Made by a program: the position numbers and the translations under genes. A DNA stretch of 42,818 nt from Chrysiogenia bacterium (GTDB taxonomy: Bacteria; JAGRBM01): positions 1-42,818 of the forward strand of contig JAGRBM010000369.1 of assembly GCA_020434085.1 (NCBI GenBank). Reading direction: 5' to 3'. Positions 40,001-42,573 of the stretch are shown here, piece by piece. A model generated the notes under the pieces. It was not told the DNA's origin and did not search any database. It was given only the letters and a program-made list of their open reading frames with translations. Position 1 is the first letter of the stretch. Every line of letters starts with the position of its first letter.

Positions 40001-40002
40001 AA
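15964..40002 (+). CDS. giant secreted repeat protein (8012 codons): DUF11-rich adhesin-like protein continuous with an OmpA-family module
   Basis: A single uninterrupted ORF with GGGGGA upstream of the ATG. The N-terminal signal peptide is [27 protein letters not shown]. The body is rich in D/T/A/G/S/V and made of beta-sandwich-type repeats. Module architecture is given in the features below. Confidence 0.85.
   Translation: [8012 protein letters not shown]
18346..22974 (+). repeat. about five tandem bimodular coding units (~0.94 kb, ~312 aa each)
   Basis: The second module of each unit starts at V/A-[EK]-P-x-L at 18781, 19717, 20656, 21607 and 22531, giving spacings of 936, 939, 951 and 924 nt. 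Each unit has two modules. Module A reads ...ETGS..(D)LTIGE.VTF.V.VTF.EGT... and module B reads ...GDAG..V.FT.T..H.G.S.AP.AYDLV..DLLD..L.L..GSV....GNTGGDT.V.V....LLGE.L...Y... Confidence 0.7.
22975..35565 (+). repeat. 31 tandem DUF11-type modules (~125-140 aa) organised as a 7-module supercassette repeated about 4.4 times
   Basis: Each module follows the pattern (A)PDL.[LIV]......PG..[LIV].Y...Y.N.G.Q.A.GV.L...VP.GT.F......GW.C.P....AGS.C......[LIV]..G........[LIV]......G.......[LIV].DDG.NGAD....DN........, the classic DUF11 'conserved repeat domain' layout. Supercassette starts are at 22975, 25819, 28678, 31519 and 34378. Confidence 0.85.
35566..38085 (+). other. C-terminal adhesin modules: cadherin-like, Calx-beta-like, and six PKD/K319L-like repeats
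   Basis: - Cadherin-like module: [23 protein letters not shown]...[22 protein letters not shown].
- Calx-beta-like module: [13 protein letters not shown]...[16 protein letters not shown].
- Six repeats with the pattern L.G..S.D......Y.W.Q..GP.V.L......P.F.P...G.Y.F.L.V.D.
Boundaries are judged by eye. Confidence 0.6.
38086..38184 (+). other. C-terminal-type sorting tag (MYXO-CTERM / GlyGly-CTERM-like) located internally
   Basis: It reads [33 protein letters not shown]. That is a Gly/Cys signature, a hydrophobic helix and an Arg cluster, but it is not followed by a stop codon. Confidence 0.6.
38191..40002 (+). CDS. OmpA-family outer-membrane protein module with its own signal peptide (in-frame inside the giant ORF; may be a separate or processed product)
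   Basis: An in-frame GTG at 38191 opens (M/V)[29 protein letters not shown], a signal peptide spanning 38191-38274. After it come about 300 aa with beta-barrel-like alternation, TSP3 repeats, and then the OmpA C-terminal domain ([10 protein letters not shown]...[30 protein letters not shown]...[27 protein letters not shown]). Confidence 0.55.
   Translation: [603 protein letters not shown]
39208..39603 (+). repeat. thrombospondin type 3-like calcium-binding repeats (tandem ~96-nt units)
   Basis: It opens with [15 protein letters not shown]. Repeated units follow of the form CP.(D/E)PED.D.(F/Y).D.(D/E)[13 protein letters not shown].CP. The three central units are clearly related at the DNA level. 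Confidence 0.8.
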
Positions 40003-40266
40003 ACGGAGGCCGATAGGAAGTTCTGGTCACAGGCTGGATCGCGGGTATTGTGGCACCACAGTAGCTGGTATGCGGCTTCAAGCTGAGCGCCAGGCGTGCC
40101 TTTCTGTGACCGCCCCGTGACCGCGCGAGTGTACGCCGGGTGGTTTTCGAGTCGTCGCTCAAAAAATAGAGAAAGTGGGCCGCAGGATCGGTGTTCTAAG
40201 TGATTGATTTCATTGGATGCGGTTTTACTGAGAATGGCGCAAATCTGGTTCTGCAACGGCGAATAG

Positions 40267-40313
40267 TCTTCCCAAGCTGAGGGTCGCGGGTTCGAACCCC
40301 GTCTCCCGCTCCA
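40267..40313 (+). pseudogene. 3-prime half of a tRNA-Gly(CCC) (anticodon loop to CCA); no matching 5-prime half
   Basis: The sequence CTTCCCAAGCTGAGGGTCGCGGGTTCGAACCCCGTCTCCCGCTCCA parses as follows:
- anticodon loop TTCCCAA (CCC);
- 3-prime anticodon stem GCTGA;
- variable loop GGGTC;
- T-arm GCGGG/TTCGAAC/CCCGT;
- acceptor strand CTCCCGC;
- discriminator T, then CCA.
The C70-G71-C72 plus U73 combination fits Gly identity. The upstream 40 nt cannot form an acceptor strand (GCGGGAG is absent), a D-arm or a 5-prime anticodon stem. Confidence 0.65.
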
Positions 40314-40443
40314 GACTTCGCGCCTCGGGCGCTTCGCCTGGCAAGCCAGCTTTTCAAACCCCTGAAAATTTTGCTCCCTTGCATCGCGCCCCGATCCGCT
40401 AGACTGGTTGGTGAACCAGCGCGAACTTAAAGGGGATTGCTGC

Positions 40444-41811
40444 ATGGCAAGCCGGGTTCTGACACCATCGGATGCAATGTTTTTGTACGGGGAGAGCCGC
40501 GAAACCATGATGCACGTGGCTTCGTTGCTCATCTTTTCGAGGCCCGAGGACGCGGCGCCCGATTATCTTCGGGAGGTGCTCGATGAGATCCGCGACTGCT
40601 GCGATGTGCAGCCGCCGTGGAATCTCAAACTCAAGACCCCCGACTTCCTGATGAACCCGCGCCACGTGTGGGAGGAGCAGGACGAGGTCGACCTCGACTA
40701 CCACGTGCGCCGCTCGGCGCTCCCCTCACCGGGCGACGAGCGCGAGCTGGGCATTCTCGTCTCGCGCCTGCACGGCCATTCGATCGACTTCCACCGCCCG
40801 CCCTGGGAGGTGCACCTCATCGAGGGGCTCGAGAACGATCGCTTCGCGCTCTTCTTCAAGATTCATCACTCGCTCATGGACGGCTTTACCGGCTCCAAGA
40901 CCCTGGCGCGTTCGCTCTCGACGACGCCCGAGGACGTGGAAAAGCCGGTCTTCTTCATGCTTCCCGAGCCCGAGCGCCCTGCCGGCGAGGCCAAGCAGCG
41001 CGGCGGGTGGCGCGAAGTCCTTCGCGCGCAATGGGAGACCGCCCGGCAGGTGGGCAGCGAGCTATTGGAGGTCGCGCAGGGCAAGGACCCCGACCTGGTG
41101 CTGCCCTACCAGGCACCCAAGTGCATTCTCAATGGCCGCATCGGCCGCAACCGCCGATTCGCCACGCAGCAGTACGGGCTCGATCGGCTGAAGGCTATTG
41201 CGAAGAAGAGCGAGACCACGCTCAACGATGTGGTGATGGCGCTCAGCGCGGCCAGCTTGCGACGCTTCCTGATGGAGCTGGGCGAGCTTCCGGGCGATCC
41301 GCTCATCGTGATGATGCCCGTCAACGTCCGGCCCAAGGACGACCCCGGCGGCGGCAATGCCGTGGGTGCGATTCTCGCTTCGCTTGCCACGGACATTGCC
41401 GATCCGGCAGAGCGCCTGCAGGCCATCCACGACTCGAGCTGTCACGCCAAGGCCCAGCTCCAGGGGATGAGCAAGGACGCGATCCTGCAATACACGACGC
41501 TGACGATGTTGCCCTTCGGGCTCCAGCAGGTCACGGGCCTGAGCGGGCGCACCCGCCCGGCCTTCAATGTGGTCATTTCCAATGTGCCGGGGCCCGATCA
41601 CCCGCTCTATTTCCGCGGCGCAAAGCTGGAGGCCAACTACCCGGTGAGCATCCCCATCCACGGCCAGGCGCTCAACATCACCTGCGTGAGCTACAACGGC
41701 ACTTTGAACTTCGGCTTCACCGGCTGCCGCGACACCCTGCCGAGCATGCAGCGCCTCGCGGTCTACACCGGCGAAGCGCTCGAGGAACTCGAAGCGGCGC
41801 TGGGGATGTAG
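40444..41811 (+). CDS. wax ester synthase / diacylglycerol acyltransferase (WS/DGAT) family protein
   Basis: 455 aa from ATG 40444 (AAAGGGGA upstream). It has the active-site HHSLMDG (HHxxxDG) and a typical N-terminus, LTPSDAMFLYGESRETMMHVASLLIF. The conserved C-terminal block is NVVISNVPGP...LYFRGAKLEANYPVS...GQALNITCVSYNGTLNFGF. Confidence 0.9.
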   Translation: MASRVLTPSDAMFLYGESRETMMHVASLLIFSRPEDAAPDYLREVLDEIRDCCDVQPPWNLKLKTPDFLMNPRHVWEEQDEVDLDYHVRRSALPSPGDERELGILVSRLHGHSIDFHRPPWEVHLIEGLENDRFALFFKIHHSLMDGFTGSKTLARSLSTTPEDVEKPVFFMLPEPERPAGEAKQRGGWREVLRAQWETARQVGSELLEVAQGKDPDLVLPYQAPKCILNGRIGRNRRFATQQYGLDRLKAIAKKSETTLNDVVMALSAASLRRFLMELGELPGDPLIVMMPVNVRPKDDPGGGNAVGAILASLATDIADPAERLQAIHDSSCHAKAQLQGMSKDAILQYTTLTMLPFGLQQVTGLSGRTRPAFNVVISNVPGPDHPLYFRGAKLEANYPVSIPIHGQALNITCVSYNGTLNFGFTGCRDTLPSMQRLAVYTGEALEELEAALGM

Positions 41812-42573
41812 TTACTTGCCGCCGTTGGCCTGCAGGTCCTCGATGCACTTGGGATCGAGATCGGGAATGCCGCTGCCGAGCAGGTTGGCCAGAATGTCGG
41901 TGGTTTCCACCTGGTAGTTCATCAGGCAGCCCTCCACGTTGCAGTGTGCGCCGTGGGGGATGTCGTGATGGGCAGGGTCGACCGGCTGCGTGCCGGTGTT
42001 CACCAGACCCAGCAGGTGGCCGAATTCGTGGAGCAGCACGGTGGTCTCGAGCACTTCCTGGCTGGGTTGGCCGATGCCGCCGGCATTGTCGTCGATGGTT
42101 TTCTTGAAGAGAACCGCCGCGTCGCCCTGGTAAGCTAGCCCCAGGACTTTGGAGTCCCCTTCATTGGCGGCGTAGTCGGCATCCACAAAGAGGATGTGGG
42201 CTACCACCGTATCTCCGGCAGTCATTTCCGTGCGGTATTCCTGCGCGAGTTGCGCGGCCTCAAATGCCGAGAGGGTCGCCTTGCCCGGCGAGGGGATCGG
42301 GTCGTCGACGCTCACGGTGATGCCGCCGCTCTTGTTGAGACGCGCATTGAGGAAGGCTTCGAGATTGTCGACGCTGGCCATCAGGGGCAGATTGCCCTCA
42401 ACGGCCTGAATCTCGACGATGAGTTTGGTGAAGGTGGTATCGCTCAGATAGCTGCGGGCCAGAGATCCAGTTGCGAGCGAACCGCCCTCACTTGTGCAAC
42501 TGAGGAGCTGCACGCAAAGGCACAACAGGAGCGGGGTAAGAACTTTGCGGACGCCTGAGAATACGTGATGCAT
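41812..42573 (-). CDS. zinc metalloprotease lipoprotein (HEXXH, metzincin/archaemetzincin-like)
   Basis: 253 aa. It has a signal peptide with a lipobox (LLCLCVQLLSC|TS), the motif LLHEFGHLLGL, and then a Cys-containing segment HGAHCNVEGCLMNY...PKC. It is convergent with the WS/DGAT gene. Confidence 0.8.
   Translation of the reverse strand: MHHVFSGVRKVLTPLLLCLCVQLLSCTSEGGSLATGSLARSYLSDTTFTKLIVEIQAVEGNLPLMASVDNLEAFLNARLNKSGGITVSVDDPIPSPGKATLSAFEAAQLAQEYRTEMTAGDTVVAHILFVDADYAANEGDSKVLGLAYQGDAAVLFKKTIDDNAGGIGQPSQEVLETTVLLHEFGHLLGLVNTGTQPVDPAHHDIPHGAHCNVEGCLMNYQVETTDILANLLGSGIPDLDPKCIEDLQANGGK

Noticed and set aside
40003-40070. Possible intrinsic terminator after the giant ORF (small hairpin TGTGG-CA-CCACA near 40050)
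   Set aside because: The stem is only 5 bp and there is no following T-run, so it is not convincing.
40200-40313. A complete tRNA (Gly, or Cys because of a GCA triplet and a U discriminator) or a tmRNA 3-prime end
   Set aside because: No sequence within 100 nt upstream can pair with the acceptor 3-prime strand CTCCCGC, and no D-arm can be formed. The GCA context does not form an anticodon stem. A tmRNA would need a 5-prime partner and about 350 nt of structure that would run into the giant ORF.
39882-40532. 216-aa minus-strand ORF spanning the intergenic region
   Set aside because: It reads through the tRNA fragment, giving the tell-tale RGSNPRPSAW peptide, and into the ends of both neighbouring genes. 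It has no RBS and no motifs.
40617-42107. 496-aa plus-strand ORF overlapping the WS/DGAT and metalloprotease genes
   Set aside because: It is an alternate frame of WS/DGAT continuing antisense into the protease gene. It is extremely Arg/Pro/Gly/Ala-rich and has no motifs.
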